In this document: in pieces, positions 1 to 13,504 of the stretch | How the letters are laid out: each line of letters begins with the position of its first letter | Numbering within the stretch: position 1 is the first letter of the stretch | Assembly: GCA_964016885.1 (NCBI GenBank) | Contig: CAXHJY010001129.1 | Location: 22,122 to 86,121, forward strand | Source of the DNA: Eledone cirrhosa | Lineage: Eukaryota | Reading direction: 5' to 3' | Length of the DNA stretch: 64,000 nt | Notes under the pieces: model-generated | Told to the model about the DNA's origin: nothing | What the model saw: the letters and a program-made list of their open reading frames with translations, nothing else | Database searches by the model: none | Made by a program: the position numbers and the translations under genes

Positions 1-133
1 TTATTCTTTTAAAAATAAAAATATCCAATACTAATATAAGTAAACAAACTCCACTATCCCGGAGTCTTCCAACAGTAATGGTTGCATTTTGTAAGGATAT
101 GTCAATATTTATTTGTAAAACCGATATATATTG

Positions 134-198
134 TATTTTGTCTGATGAAAGCATACCATAATTTAACATGGTGTCCTTGAAATATGTATAATAAAATA
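134..198 (+). ncRNA. Minimal type I hammerhead ribozyme motif, family A
   Basis: TATTTTGT-CTGATGA-stem II (ATACCAT/ATGGTGT)-GAAA-TATGTA-TA-ATAAAATA. Confidence 0.7.
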
Positions 199-323
199 GA
201 TATGGTTTTATAAATATAGTTTCCATTTGTTAATATTGTATGTTTACTCCAAATACTTGTTGAGTGCTTTATATCAGTTATAAAAATATTTGCTTGTTGT
301 ATCCCAACAATTTAAATAGAACT

Positions 324-354
<31 letters not shown>

Positions 355-389
355 AGAAGAAATTAAAAGAGGGTTAAAAGAGTTCCATA

Positions 390-459
390 TATTTTATTAT
401 GCGCATTTCAAATACAAAATCATCCTGGGACAAAAATTGTGTTCTCATCAGATAAAATA
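390..459 (-). ncRNA. Minimal hammerhead motif with ATGCGCAT palindromic stem III
   Basis: Minus strand: TATTTTAT-CTGATGA-GAACACAA...TTGTATTT-GAAA-TGCGCA-TA-ATAAAATA. Confidence 0.68.
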
Positions 460-544
460 AGGTAACATGATATGAGGCATAATAGCACTTGTTTACAGGA
501 AAGTGGTAAGATTTATATATATGAATCCAATATATATATATTCA

Positions 545-668
545 TTTCATTCATTTCATTTTACGTCCGCTTTTCCCTGCTTGCAAGGGTGAGAAGGGAA
601 CTGATTCTGGCTTGATTTCTACAGCTGGATGCCCTTCCTAACACCAACCTCATTTACAGTGAGTGCTA
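545..668 (-). mobile_element. 3' fragment of the same SINE
   Basis: Reverse complement of 980-1100. Confidence 0.85.
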
Positions 669-762
669 TATATATATATAAAATACAGTACAGAATTAGC
701 CGTCGAAACGGCTTGAGCTCAGCCGTCGGGGTCTTACTTACTCCTATATATAAAATATATAT

Positions 763-1108
763 ATGGAGGCACATGGCTTAGTGGTTAGAGCATTGGCCTT
801 GCAATCGAAAGGTTGTGAGTTCAATTCTCAGACCGCGTGGTGTGTTGTTTCCTTGAGCAAGACACTTTATTTCAAATTGCTCCAGTTTACTCAGCTGTAG
901 AAATGAGATGATAGGGACTGAGGTCCTTATCATTCCACTGCAAAGTGGTCGTGTAGGTGCCACGGCAAAAAAGCACCCAGCACTCACTGTAAATGAGGTT
1001 GGTGTTAGGAAGGGCATCCAGCTGTAGAAATCAAGCCAGAATCAGTTCCCGTCCCACCCTTGCAAGCAGGGAAAAGCGGACGTAAAATGAAATGATGATG
1101 ATGAATGA

Positions 1109-1110
<2 letters not shown>
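763..1110 (+). mobile_element. tRNA-derived SINE with RTE-shared 3' tail
   Basis: A box TGGCTTAGTGG, B box GAGTTCAATTC, body CCTTGAGCAAGACACTTT, 3' part shared with the RTE UTR, GAT tail. Confidence 0.9.
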
Positions 1111-1146
<36 letters not shown>

Positions 1147-1148
<2 letters not shown>

Positions 1149-2060
1149 TCATCATCATCATCTTTGTTTAACGTCCATTTTCCATGCTAGCATGGGTTAG
1201 ATGGGAGTTGTCCCACTTGAGGCAAGGTAGGTTGGGTGACGGTGTCTAGCTCGTATAGGACTATCTGGCAGGTTTTTTACGGCTGGATGCCCTTCCTAAC
1301 ACCAACCGCATTTACAGTGTGGAACTGGGAACTTTTTACCGTGTTACCTACATGGCCACATTACAGCGTGGACTGAGTGTTTTTTTTTTTTGTCGTGACA
1401 CCTACACGATCTCGATCTCATTATCTCATTTATTTGGACTGGATGTTGTGGTAACAACTTTATAGAGAGAGAGAGGGTGGTGTTGGTGGGAGTGGGAGGA
1501 TAGGGTAGGGGTAGTAGATTGGGGTGTATATTTGGTTAAGAGGTGCCTACTGACTGTAGGTTTCGCTTTGTACATAGGCAAGGCGGGTCTTCCGTATTAC
1601 TGCATAGCGCCAAAGATCTCGGTCCAGTGACATTGTCTTGGAGAGATGTAAGTGTGTAAGGTCAGAATTTATCAAGTTGTCCCAGGCTTTTCTGGGTCTA
1701 CCTACTCCGTAACTTCCATCTATTTTGATCGCCCTGCACTTTTTTATACAGCTGTCGTCTTTCATGAGCATCACATGGCCATACCAACGTAGTCTTCTCT
1801 CAAGTAAACAGCATCTGATCCCTCTTATTCCTAATTTCTCACTCAGTTCATTTATGCTTTGCCGTTCACGTATATTACTATCACACATCCAACGGAGCAT
1901 ACATGCTTCGTTCCTTTCCAGTCTGCGCAGGTCCTCTGCACACAATGCCCATGTCTCACTGCCATGTAGCATTGCTGTTCATATACAGGCATCATACAAT
2001 CTGCCTTGCATTTTTAGAGAGAAACCTTTTGTGGCCAACAGCGGTATAAGCTCTCTGAAC
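1147..2060 (-). mobile_element. 5'-truncated RTE LINE, second subfamily
   Basis: ORF 1547..1972 MLHGSETW...RRLRWYGHV; 3' UTR and (GAT)n tail at 1147-1161. Confidence 0.92.
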
Positions 2061-2189
2061 TTATATATATATATATACAATATATTAATAAATGGAAACT
2101 ATATTTATAAAACCATATTTATTTTATTATACATATTTATATATACGTATGAATATATACGTATGAATATATAAATACGATATTTATAT

Positions 2190-2700
2190 ATGCGTATGAA
2201 GGATGACAGCTGCATAAAAAGGTGCAGAGCACTAGAAGTTGATGGAAACCGCGGAGTGGGGAGACCCAAGATGACTTGGGATGAGGTGATAAAAGCCGAC
2301 CTTACCCAACTACACCTCTCAAAGTCAATGACACACGACCGTGACTTCTGGCGTCACGCAGTAATACAGGGTACCCGACCTCCCATGGGTACATGCTGAA
2401 GCATATAAACAATATGCCCCCCCCCCCCCCACCGCAAGGTGGTCGTGGAGGTGCCACGGCAAAAAAGCACCCAGCCCACACTGTAAAGTGGACGTGTAGG
2501 CGCCACGAAAAAGCACCCAGCACTCACTGTAAATGAGGTTGGTGTTAGGAAGGGCATCCAGCTGTAGAAATCAAGCCAGATCAGTTCCTGTATGAGCAAG
2601 GCATGGTCAGCCGACCAGACACTGCCCACAACAGGACAACCCGTCTAACCCATGCTAGCGTGGAAGAACGGACGTAAAACGGTGATGATGATGATGATGA
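2190..2700 (+). mobile_element. 5'-truncated copy of the same RTE LINE
   Basis: Almost identical to 6460-6963 (MRMKDD...QGTRPPMGTC, 3' UTR, GAT tail). Confidence 0.93.
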
Positions 2701-2899
2701 TTTCAAGGGCCACCAAGGCAAATTATGGTGTGCTTTCATCAGATAAAATACATATTTGTTTTATAAATAAATATTGACATACCCTGAAAAAAGACAACCT
2801 TAACGGTTGGAGCTTCCTGACTAGCTATCCAGGAAACTCCAACCGTTAAGGTTGTCTTTTTTTCCGGGTATGTCAATATTTATTTATAAAACAAATATG

Positions 2900-2965
2900 T
2901 ATTTTATCTGATGAAAGCGCACCATAATTTGCCTTGGTTGCCCTTGAAATATGTATAATAAAATA
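2900..2965 (+). ncRNA. Hammerhead motif, family A (right arm of palindrome 2701-2950)
   Basis: TATTTTAT-CTGATGA-AAGCGCACCA..TGGTTGCCCTT-GAAA-TATGTA-TA-ATAAAATA. Confidence 0.72.
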
Positions 2966-3006
2966 AATATGGTTTTATAAATATAGTTTCCATTTGTTAA
3001 TATATC

Positions 3007-3058
<52 letters not shown>

Positions 3059-3238
3059 TTACTCTGTGTGTATATATATTTATGTCGATGAATATATATA
3101 TATATATATTTATGTATATATACGTATATATAAATATGTATATATATATAAATATATATGTATATATATATATATATTTATATTTAAATAGGTTTATATA
3201 TATATGTATATATTTAGATATATATATATGTATATATG

Positions 3239-3276
<38 letters not shown>

Positions 3277-3302
3277 TTTAGATATTTATATATGTATATA
3301 TG

Positions 3303-3365
<63 letters not shown>

Positions 3366-3390
3366 TTAGATATTTATATATATATATATG

Positions 3391-3435
<45 letters not shown>

Positions 3436-3437
<2 letters not shown>

Positions 3438-6400
3438 CCCAACACACCCTGCCATTACCCCACCACCACTGTTCTTCTAGCCCTCAATTTTCCCACCGTT
3501 ATGGATGGATGAGCTGGGAATACACGAGCAACTCTGAATCAATAGATGAAATATGAATCTGCGAGCTACCAGCACCCACGTGAAGCACCAACCCAGAGAC
3601 CCTTCCCTACGAGTGTCGACAAATGCCCAAAACTCCGAGTTGGTACCATCAATGTAGGCTCAATGAAAGGAAGAGCAGGAGAAATCGTAGAAATGCTAGA
3701 GCGAAAGGAAGTTGATGTATGCTGTGTGCAAGAGACTAGATGGAGAAGAGAGTCTGCTAGAGTCCTTGTAGGAAAAAGCCAGTGCTACAAATTTTTCTGG
3801 GTGGGAAATGACGATGGGATGGGTGGTGTAGGTATACTATTAGCTGACAAGTGGGTAGATAAAGTAATCTCAGTGTACAGGGTAAATGCAAGAATCATTA
3901 AACTCAGACTAGTCCTGAATAAGACAATTACCACAATAATATCAGCTTACGCACCCCAATCGGGGCTGCCAGACGAACTTAAGGATAGGTTTTACGAGTC
4001 CCTAATACACACTACTGCTCTAACAGACGACAAGGACTTCCTAATCATTGCAGGAGATTTTAACGGACACGTAGGTAAACACTGCGACGGCTTCAATAGA
4101 GTACATGGAGGCCATGGAGTTGGCACAAGGAATGAGGAAGGATTCAGACTTCTAGAATTCTGCGACGCCAATGACATGTCGATATGTAACACAAACTTTA
4201 AAAAACCCGACAACCACCTGATCACCTATAGATCAGGGGAGCACTCTAGTCAGTTAGATTTTATCCTCATCAGAGGACGTGACAGATGGACGGTCGTAAA
4301 CACAAAAGCCTTCCCTAGTGAGGAATGTACATCCCAACATAGCTTAGTTGTCAGCGACCTCACGGTCAGAACTAGACGAGCCCTGAAACAGAGGCCAACC
4401 TGGAGAAGAAAGATCTGGAAGCTGAAAGTCCCCTCAACCAGTAACAGATTTAAAGATATTTTACTCAACGCCTACGACAGTAAAGAAGAACAGATAGAGA
4501 CATTTAACGTAGAAGAGAACTGGGAGTTCCTAAAAAATAACTTACTAGAGGCGACGGATGGGGTTTGTGGCTGGAGTAAGACCTCAAGCAGGAGGAGAGT
4601 GACTTGGTGGTGGAACAATAAGGTAGATGAAGCAGTCAAGGCCAAGAGACAGGCATGGAAAGAATGGAAGAATGGGGGGAGCAGGGTACATTACATAGAC
4701 CAAGAGGGAAGCTAGGCGACAAGTATACTTAGCTAGGAGGGAAGCAGAGGATAGAAAATTCAAGCATGTTTTACAACGTGAGGACCAGAAACAGGAGGTA
4801 TTCAAGATTGCGAGGCAGTGTGTCAGAGATAGTTGTGATGTCATTGGAGAGAAGTGTATCCGGAATGATAAAGGTGAGCTTGCCCTCACAAGTGCTGAGA
4901 AGAAAGATGCATGGAAGAGTCATTATGATAGATTACTAAATGAGGAGAATGCATGGGAAGAAGAGACCCTACCCCACGTAGACCCTATAGAGGGACCAGC
5001 AGTACAAGTCAGCGGCAGCGTAGTAAGTAAGGCAATCAGAGATATGAAGATAGGGAAGGCAACCGGTCCATCGGGTATAGCTGCCGAGATGCTGAAGGCA
5101 TCTGGGTCTGTAGGTCACACTATAACCACACGTATCGTTAACCAGGTAATACTAGAGGGGGCCATACCAAAAGATTGGTGCAGTAGCATCATTGTCAACT
5201 GCTACAAAGGTAAAGGCGATGCACTAGATAGAGGAAACTATAGAGGTATAAAGTTGATGGACCAGGTCATGAAAGTAACAGAAAGACTTATAGCACAGCT
5301 GATTAGGGACCGGGTGAATATAGACGAGATGCAATTTGGGTTTGTACCAGGGAAAGGCACCACTGATGCCCTCTTCCTTGTGAGGCAATTACAGGAAAAG
5401 TACCTAGCTAAAAGTAAGCCACTCTACTTGGCATTTGTCGACCTTGAGAAAGCCTTTGACAGAGTTCCACGTGCAGTAATCTGGTGGGCTCTTAGAAAAC
5501 TAGGAGTAGATGAATGGCTTGTGAAAGCGGTACAAGCCATGTATAGGGGAGCAGTCAGCAAAGTTAGGATTGGCAATGAGTATAGCGAGGAATTTAGCGT
5601 ACAGGTTGGGGTCCACCAGGGCTCTGTTCTTAGCCCCCTCCTGTTCATCATAGTCCTGCAGGCAATAACGGAGGAGTTTAAGACCGGATGCCCATGGGAA
5701 CTCCTGTATGCTGATGACCTCGCACTCATAGCTGAATCTATGGTAGAACTAGAGAATAAATTCCAAACCTGGAAGCAGGGACTAGAGAGAAAGGGCCTCA
5801 AAGTCAACATGACAAAGACTAAGGTCCTTATAAGTAGACGAGAAAACAGAACCCAGATCCCCTCAGGGAAATGGCCTTGCTCAGTATGTAGGAAAGGTGT
5901 AGGTAGGAACTCCATTCTCTGCCCCAAATGCAAACAATGGGTACACAAGAGATGTAGCGGGATCTCAGGAAGCTTAATTAAGAATGTAGGATTCACATGC
6001 AGCAGCTGTGCTGAAACAGCAAGCAAACAGCCACAGGAAACAAGTACCACCAATCTCTGGGAGGGCCCTGTAGAAACAGTAGACAGCTTCTGCTACCTAG
6101 GTCACCGAATTAGCAACGGAGGTGGGTGCTCAGAAAGTACAATAACTAGGGTAAGAACGGGATGGAAGAAGTTTAGGGAACTACTACCACTGCTAGCTGC
6201 AAAAGGCTTCTCCCTCAGAATGAAAGGCAGACTGTATGATGCGTGTATCCGAACAGCGATGTTGCATGGTAGTGAGACCTGGGCGCTGAAGGTGGAAGAC
6301 TTACGTAGATTAGAGAGAAACGAAGCCTGCATGCTCCGATGGATGTGTAACAGTAATATACGTGAACGACAAAGCATAAAGGAATTGAGAGAGAGACTGA

Positions 6401-6963
6401 GCATAAGAGGAATCAAATGCTGCGTGCAGGAGAGGCGGTTACGCTGGTATGGACATGTGATGCGTATGAAGGATGACAGGTGCATAAAAAGGTGCAGAGC
6501 ACTAGAAGTTGATGGAAACCGCGGAGTGGGGAGACCCAAGATGACTTGGGATGAGGTGATAAAAGCCGACCTTACCCAACTACACCTCTCAAAGTCAATG
6601 ACACACGACCGTGACTTCTGGCGTCACGCAGTAATACAGGGTACCCGACCTCCCATGGGTACATGCTGAAGCATATAAACAATATGCCCCCCCCCCCCCA
6701 CCGCAAGGTGGTCGTGGAGGTGCCACGGCAAAAAAGCACCCAGCCCACACTGTAAAGTGGACGTGTAGGCGCCACGAAAAAGCACCCAGCACTCACTGTA
6801 AATGAGGTTGGTGTTAGGAAGGGCATCCAGCTGTAGAAATCAAGCCAGATCAGTTCCTGTATGAGCAAGGCATGGTCAGCCGACCAGACACTGCACACAA
6901 CAGGACAACCCGTCTAACCCATGCTAGCGTGGAAGAACGGACGTAAAACGGTGATGATGATGA
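3436..6963 (+). mobile_element. Near full-length RTE-clade non-LTR retrotransposon (APE endonuclease + RT + PHD-like zinc finger), one frameshift
   Basis: ORF 3546..4715 is an APE domain (GTINVGS, QETRW, SAYAPQ, AGDFNGH, QLDFIL, SQH). ORF 5044..6669 is an RT (QFGF, AFVDLEKAFD, GVHQGSVLSP, LYADD). The second frame is open from ~4700. Has a 3' UTR and (GAT)n tail; inserted in a TA microsatellite. Confidence 0.95.
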
Positions 6964-6977
6964 TATATTTAGATATT

Positions 6978-7030
<53 letters not shown>

Positions 7031-7067
7031 TTAGATATTTATATATATATATATATATATATTTAGA

Positions 7068-7114
<47 letters not shown>

Positions 7115-7287
7115 GTATATATATGTATATATATATATGTATATATATGTATATATATATATGTATATATATATATGTATATATATGTATATATATATAT
7201 GTATATATATGTATATATATATATGTATATATATGTATATATATGTATGTATATATATGTATATATATGTATGTATATATATGTATA

Positions 7288-7375
<88 letters not shown>

Positions 7376-7451
7376 GCCGTTTCCTTTCGCTATATGTCTC
7401 TCCACCACTCCCCTACACACCCTCTGAACTCTGTTCCCACACACTTCTCAC

Positions 7452-7482
7452 CTGAGGAAGGGCTTATGCCCGAAACGTCGTC
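7452..7482 (+). ncRNA. Hammerhead core in a pLTR-like segment (7376-7577); stem I not evident
   Basis: CTGAGGA-A-GGGC-TTAT-GCCC-GAAA-CGTCG-TC; AATAAA ~35 nt downstream. Confidence 0.45.
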
Positions 7483-7577
7483 CCCCACCAACACCCCACT
7501 CTCCAGAGCGTGAAATTAATAAACATTCGTTGTACTGCCTCTCTGTTTTGTCCCTGTTCAAATTTTTCCGTCCTATA

Positions 7578-9665
7578 TCATCAACGTTTAACGTCCGTGT
7601 TCCACGCTTGCATGGGTTTGGACGGGGGTAGTCCCACTTGAGGCAAGAGTGGTTGTCTTGCTCGCATAGGACTGACTGGCGGGTTTTCTACAGTTGGATG
7701 CCCTTCCTAACACCAACCACATTTACAGTGTGGGGCTGGGAGGTTTTTACCGTGTTGCCTACACGGCCACATTACAGCGTGGACTGTCTGGCGGGTTTTC
7801 TACAGCTGGATGCCCTTCCTAACACCAACCACATTTACAGTGTGGGTCTGGGAGGTTTTTACCGTGTTGCCTACACGGCCACATTACAGCGTGGACTGTC
7901 TGGCGGGTTTTCTACAGTTGGATGCCCTTCCTAACACCAACCACATTTACAGTGTGGGTCTGGGAGGTTTTTACCGTGTTGCCTACACGGCCACATTACA
8001 GCGTGGACTATCTGGCGGGTTTTCTACAGCTGGATTCCCTTCCTAACACCAACCACATTTACAGTGTGGGGCTGGGAGGTTTTTACCGTGTTGCCTACAC
8101 GGCCACATTACAGCGTGGACTGTCTGGCGGGTTTTCTACAGCTGGATGCCCTTCCTAACACCAACCACATTTACAGTGTGGGGCTGGGAGGTTTTTACCG
8201 TGTTGCCTACACGGCCACATTACAGCGTGGACTGTCTGGCGGGTTTTCTACGGCTGGATGCCCTTCCTAACACCAACCACATTTACAGTGTGGGTCTGGG
8301 AGGTTTTTACCGTGTTGCCTACACGGCCACATTACAGCGTGGACTGTCTGGCGGGTTTTCTACAGCTGGATGCCCTTCCTAACACCAACCACATTTACAG
8401 TGTGGGTCTGGGAGGTTTTTACCGTGTTGCCTACACGGCCACATTTACAGCGTGGACTGTCTGGCGGGTTTTCTACAGTTGGATGCCCTTCCTAACACCA
8501 ACCACATTTACAGTGTGGGGCTGGGAGGTTTTTACCGTGTTGCCTACACGGCCACATTACAGCGTGGACTGTCTGGCGGGTTTTCTACAGCTGGATGCCC
8601 TTCCTAACACCAACCACATTTACAGTGTGGGGCTGGGAGGTTTTTACCGTGTTGCCTACACGGCCACATTTACAGCGTGGACTGTCTGGCGGGTTTTCTA
8701 CAGCTGGATGCCATTCCTAACACCAACCACATTTACAGTGTGGGTCTGGGAGGTTTTTACCGTGTTGCCTACACGGCCACATTACAGCGTGGACTGTCTG
8801 GCGGGTTTTCTACAGCTGGATGCCCTTCCTAACACCAACCACATTTACAGTGTGGGTCTGGGAGGTTTTTACCGTGTTGCCTACACGGCCACATTTACAG
8901 CGTGGACTGTCTGGCGGGTTTTCTACAGCTGGATGCCCTTCCTAACACCAACCACATTTACAGTGTGGGGCTGGGAGGTTTTTACCGTGTTGCCTACACG
9001 GCCACATTTACAGCGTGGACTGTCTGGCGGGTTTTCTACAGCTGGATGCCATTCCTAACACCAACCACATTTACAGTGTGGGTCTGGGAGGTTTTTACCG
9101 TGTTGCCTACACGGCCACATTACAGCGTGGACTGTCTGGCGGGTTTTCTACAGCTGGATGCCCTTCCTAACACCAACCACATTTACAGTGTGGGTCTGGG
9201 AGGTTTTTACCGTGTTGCCTACACGGCCACATTACAGCGTGGACTGTCTGGCGGGTTTTCTACAGCTGGATGCCCTTCCTAACACCAACCACATTTACAG
9301 TGTGGGTCTGGGAGGTTTTTACCGTGTTGCCTACACGGCCACATTACAGCGTGGACTGTCTGGCGGGTTTTCTACAGCTGGATGCCCTTCCTAACACCAA
9401 CCACATTTACAGTGTGGACTGGGAGGTTTTTACCGTGTTGCCTACACGGCCACATTACAGCGTGGACTGTGTGTTTTTTTGTCGTGACACCTACACGATC
9501 TCATTTGTTTCGGCCTCGATGGCGCGGCACCAACATAACTTTACATAGAACGGGGTGGTGGTGGTGGGACGGGGTGTATTTTGTTAGAGATGCCTACTGG
9601 CTGGAGTAGGTTTTACTATATATTTAGGTAAGGCGGGTCTTCTCTGTTACTGAGTACCACCAAAG

Positions 9666-9668
<3 letters not shown>
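7578..9668 (-). mobile_element. RTE 3' end whose UTR is expanded into a 112-bp tandem array (~16 units, 7670-9470)
   Basis: Homologous to 32420-32830; 112-bp periodicity visible in the sequence and ORF track. Confidence 0.9.
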
Positions 9669-9715
<47 letters not shown>

Positions 9716-9724
9716 TTAAATATT

Positions 9725-9783
<59 letters not shown>

Positions 9784-10159
9784 GTGTGTATATGTAATAA
9801 TCCCATCACTAAGTATAGAGTTTCAAGATTTCAAGATTTCTAAGTTCAAAATAACATTTCTTCCCTCTCCAGTATATATTATATCTGGGACCCTGCTGTG
9901 ATGGTAGCTTGTCTGTCATTTGCAGGGCTGCTTTGCCCAAATTATAGAGTCGGTGCTAACAATAAGTTCAACTAGGGCTCATTACTCCACTTTAACCCTT
10001 TCATTACCATATTTCTACTGGAACATAGGTTCTTGCATAACAAAGGTTCTTGCATAAAATTATAATGGAATGTTTTTAGATAAATATAAATACTTTAACC
10101 CTTTCATTACTATATTTCTAATGGAACATAACTTAACAAAGGTTCTTACATAAAATTAT

Positions 10160-10339
10160 AATTGTTTCTACTTTAGGCACAAGGCCAGCAAATTACCCAG
10201 TGCATTACTGGTACTTTATTTTATCGACCCCGTAAGGATGAAAGGCAAAGTCAACCTCGGCGGGATTTGAACTCAGATCATAAAGGGACGTAACTATGCT
10301 GGAAAGCATGGCGTCCGACCCTCTACCGATACTGCCAAT
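10160..10339 (-). mobile_element. Second tRNA-derived SINE (Deu/Nin-like core)
   Basis: Minus strand: TGGCAGTATCGG ... GAGTTCAAATCC ... GCCTTTCATCCTTACGGGGTCGATAAAATAAAGTACCAG. Confidence 0.8.
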
Positions 10340-10467
10340 GGAAGATTTTTAGATAAATATAAACACTTTAACCCTTTCATTACCATATTTCTAATGGAAC
10401 ATAACTTAACAAAGATTCTTACATAAAATTATAATGGAATGTTTTTAGATAAATATAAACACTTTAA

Positions 10468-10960
10468 AACCTACTACAGTCAGTAGGCATCTCTATCAAA
10501 ACACACCCCCGTCCCACCACCTCCACCCCATCCACACCGCCCCTTTCAATGTAAAGTTATGTTGGTCCCACAACATCCAGGCCGAAACAAATGAGATCGT
10601 GTAGGTGTCACGACAAAAAACACACAATCCACGCTGTAAATGTGGTCGTGTAGGCAACACGGTAAAAACCTCCCAGCCCCACACTGTAAATGTGGTTGGT
10701 GTTAGGAAGGGCATCCAGCTGTAGAAAACCCGCCAGACAGTCCACGCTGTAATGTGGCCGTGTAGGCAACACGGTAAAAACCTCTCAGCCCCACACTGTA
10801 AATGTGGTTGGTGTTAGGAAGGGCATCCAACTGTAGAAAACCCGCCAGACAGTCCTATGTGAGCAAGACAACCACTCTTGCCTCAAGTGGGAAAACCCCC
10901 GTCCAAACCCATGCAAGCGTGGAACACGGACGCTAAACCTGATGATGATGATGATGATGA
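10468..10960 (+). mobile_element. RTE 3' UTR fragment with two 112-bp units
   Basis: Same UTR as 32460-32830; GAT tail. Confidence 0.88.
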
Positions 10961-11459
10961 TTTAACCCTTTCATTACTATATTTCTAATGGAACATAACT
11001 TAACAAAGGTTCTTACATAAAATTAAGATGGAACGTTTTTAGATAAATATAAACACTTTAACCCTTTCATTACCATATTTCTAATGGAACATAACCTAAC
11101 AAAGGTTCTTATGTAGAACTGTGTTGGAAGATTTTAATTTAAATAGGAACCCTGTAAGACAGTAACTTAACATAGGGTCCTTATATAAAATCATGTTGCT
11201 ATGAAAAGGGCTGAAATTAATTTAAGGGCTTTTGTATGCTTTTAAGGGGCAAAAATGTCACTTTAATGATATCCATGCATTTTGAAAGTTTTCAAGACAA
11301 GATGGCCGACAGACAGATGCAGAAGACTTGCATGCTGGGAAGATATGAATACTAACCCCCTTCCATCATGGCTGACCTAGGGTTTACTCATAAAAAGGTC
11401 CCCAGACGACCAGGCATGCATAACTGTGTCCCTTCTCCATGCAATGATATCACAAATCA

Positions 11460-11492
11460 TATATACACTATATATATATGCTATATATACAT

Positions 11493-11530
<38 letters not shown>

Positions 11531-11602
11531 CTGTACATTATATATACACTATATATGTATATTATATATAGACTTTGTACAGTATATATACACTAAATAT
11601 AC

Positions 11603-11643
<41 letters not shown>

Positions 11644-11712
11644 TCTGTACATTATATATACACTATATACATTATATACACTATGTACAGTATATATACA
11701 CTATATATACAT

Positions 11713-11759
<47 letters not shown>

Positions 11760-12256
11760 TGTATATATACTGTACATAGACTATATATGTATATTATATA
11801 TAGACTTTGTACAGTATATATACACTATATATACATTATATATATATATATACTCTGTACATTATATATACACTATATATGTATATTATATATAGGCTTT
11901 GTACAGTATATATACACTAAATATACATTATATATATATATATATATATACTCTGTACATTATATATACACTATATATGTATATTATATATAGGCTTTGT
12001 ACAGTATATATACACTAAATATACATTATATATATATATATATAAACTCTGTATATTATATATACACTATATACATTATATACACACTATGTACAGTATA
12101 TATACATTATATATATATTTATACTCTGTACATTATATATACACTATATATGTATATTATATATAGACTTTGTACAGTATATATACACTAAATATACATT
12201 ATATATATATACATACTCTGTTCATTATATATACATTATATATATTATGTATACAC
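11460..12256. repeat. Complex TA/TACA minisatellite
   Basis: Low-complexity repeat with recurring TGTACA motifs. Confidence 0.9.
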
Positions 12257-12411
12257 TTTCATAACCATATTTCTAATGGAACATAACTTAACAAAGGTTT
12301 TTACATACTACTCTTACCCCTCTCTTTCTTCCCCTCCCTTCCTCCCTCTCACTTTCACTCCCTCACCTGACCCTCTAGCAGTCCTTTTCTCACTTACAAC
12401 TGCTGGGGTCA

Positions 12412-13473
12412 GATGTGTGTGTGTGTCTGTCTATATATATGTGTGTATGTATGTAAATATGTATGTCTATGTGTATGTATATCTATATGTGTGTATATGT
12501 ATATATATATATGTGTGTCTATCTATATGTGAGTGTGTCTGTCTATATATATGTGTGTATGTATGTATATATATGTATGTGTATGTGTATGTATATCTAT
12601 ATGTGTGTATATGTATATATATATATGTGTGTCTATCTATATGTGTGTGTGTCTGTCTATATATGTGTATATGTATGTATATATATGTGTGTCTGTCTAT
12701 ATATATATGTATGTCTATGTGTATGTATATCTGTGTGTGTCTGTCTATATATATATGTATGTCTATGTGTATGTATATATGTGTGTATATGTATATATAT
12801 ATATATGTGTCTGTCTATATGTGTGTGTGTCTGTATGTATATGTGTGTATATATATATGTATGTGTATGTATATCTATATGTGTGTATATGTATATATAT
12901 ATATGTGTGTCTATCTATATGTGTGTGTGTCTGTCTATATATGTGTATATGTATGTATATATATATGTGTGTCTGTGTATATATATGTATGTCTATGTGT
13001 ATGTATATATGTGTGTGTCTGTCTATATATATATGTATGTCTATGTGTATGTATATATGTGTGTATATGTATATATATATATATGTGTCTGTCTATATGT
13101 GTGTGTGTCTGTATGTATATGTGTGTATATATATATGTATGTGTATGTATATCTATATGTGTGTATATGTATATATATATATGTGTGTCTATCTATATGT
13201 GTGTGTGTCTGTCTATATATATGTGTGTATATGTATGTATATATATATGTGTGTCTGTGTATATATATGTATGTCTATGTGTATGTATATCTATGTGTGT
13301 GTCTGTCTATATATATATGTATGTCTATGTGTATGTATATATGTGTGTATATGTATATATATATATGTGTCTGTCTATATGTGTGTGTGTCTGTATGTAT
13401 ATGTGTGTATGTATGTATATATATATGTATGTCTATATGTGTGTATATGTATGTATATATATATATGTCTCTG

Positions 13474-13504
<31 letters not shown>

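Larger units (their letters stand above)
9990..11110. repeat. ~96-bp TTAACCCTTTCATTAC-initiated tandem repeat interrupted by a SINE and a LINE
   Basis: Units at ~9992, 10095, 10368, 10962, 11058; partial copy at 12257. Confidence 0.8.

Noticed and set aside
698-730. AGCCGTCGAAACGGCT hairpin as a ribozyme
   Set aside because: No CTGANGA partner nearby.
763-840. tRNA gene
   Set aside because: A/B boxes belong to a multi-copy SINE head with no complete cloverleaf.
9873-9947. GPCCDG motif as a possible MNNL exon
   Set aside because: In-frame stop follows and the true CCDG exon is at 18750-18904.
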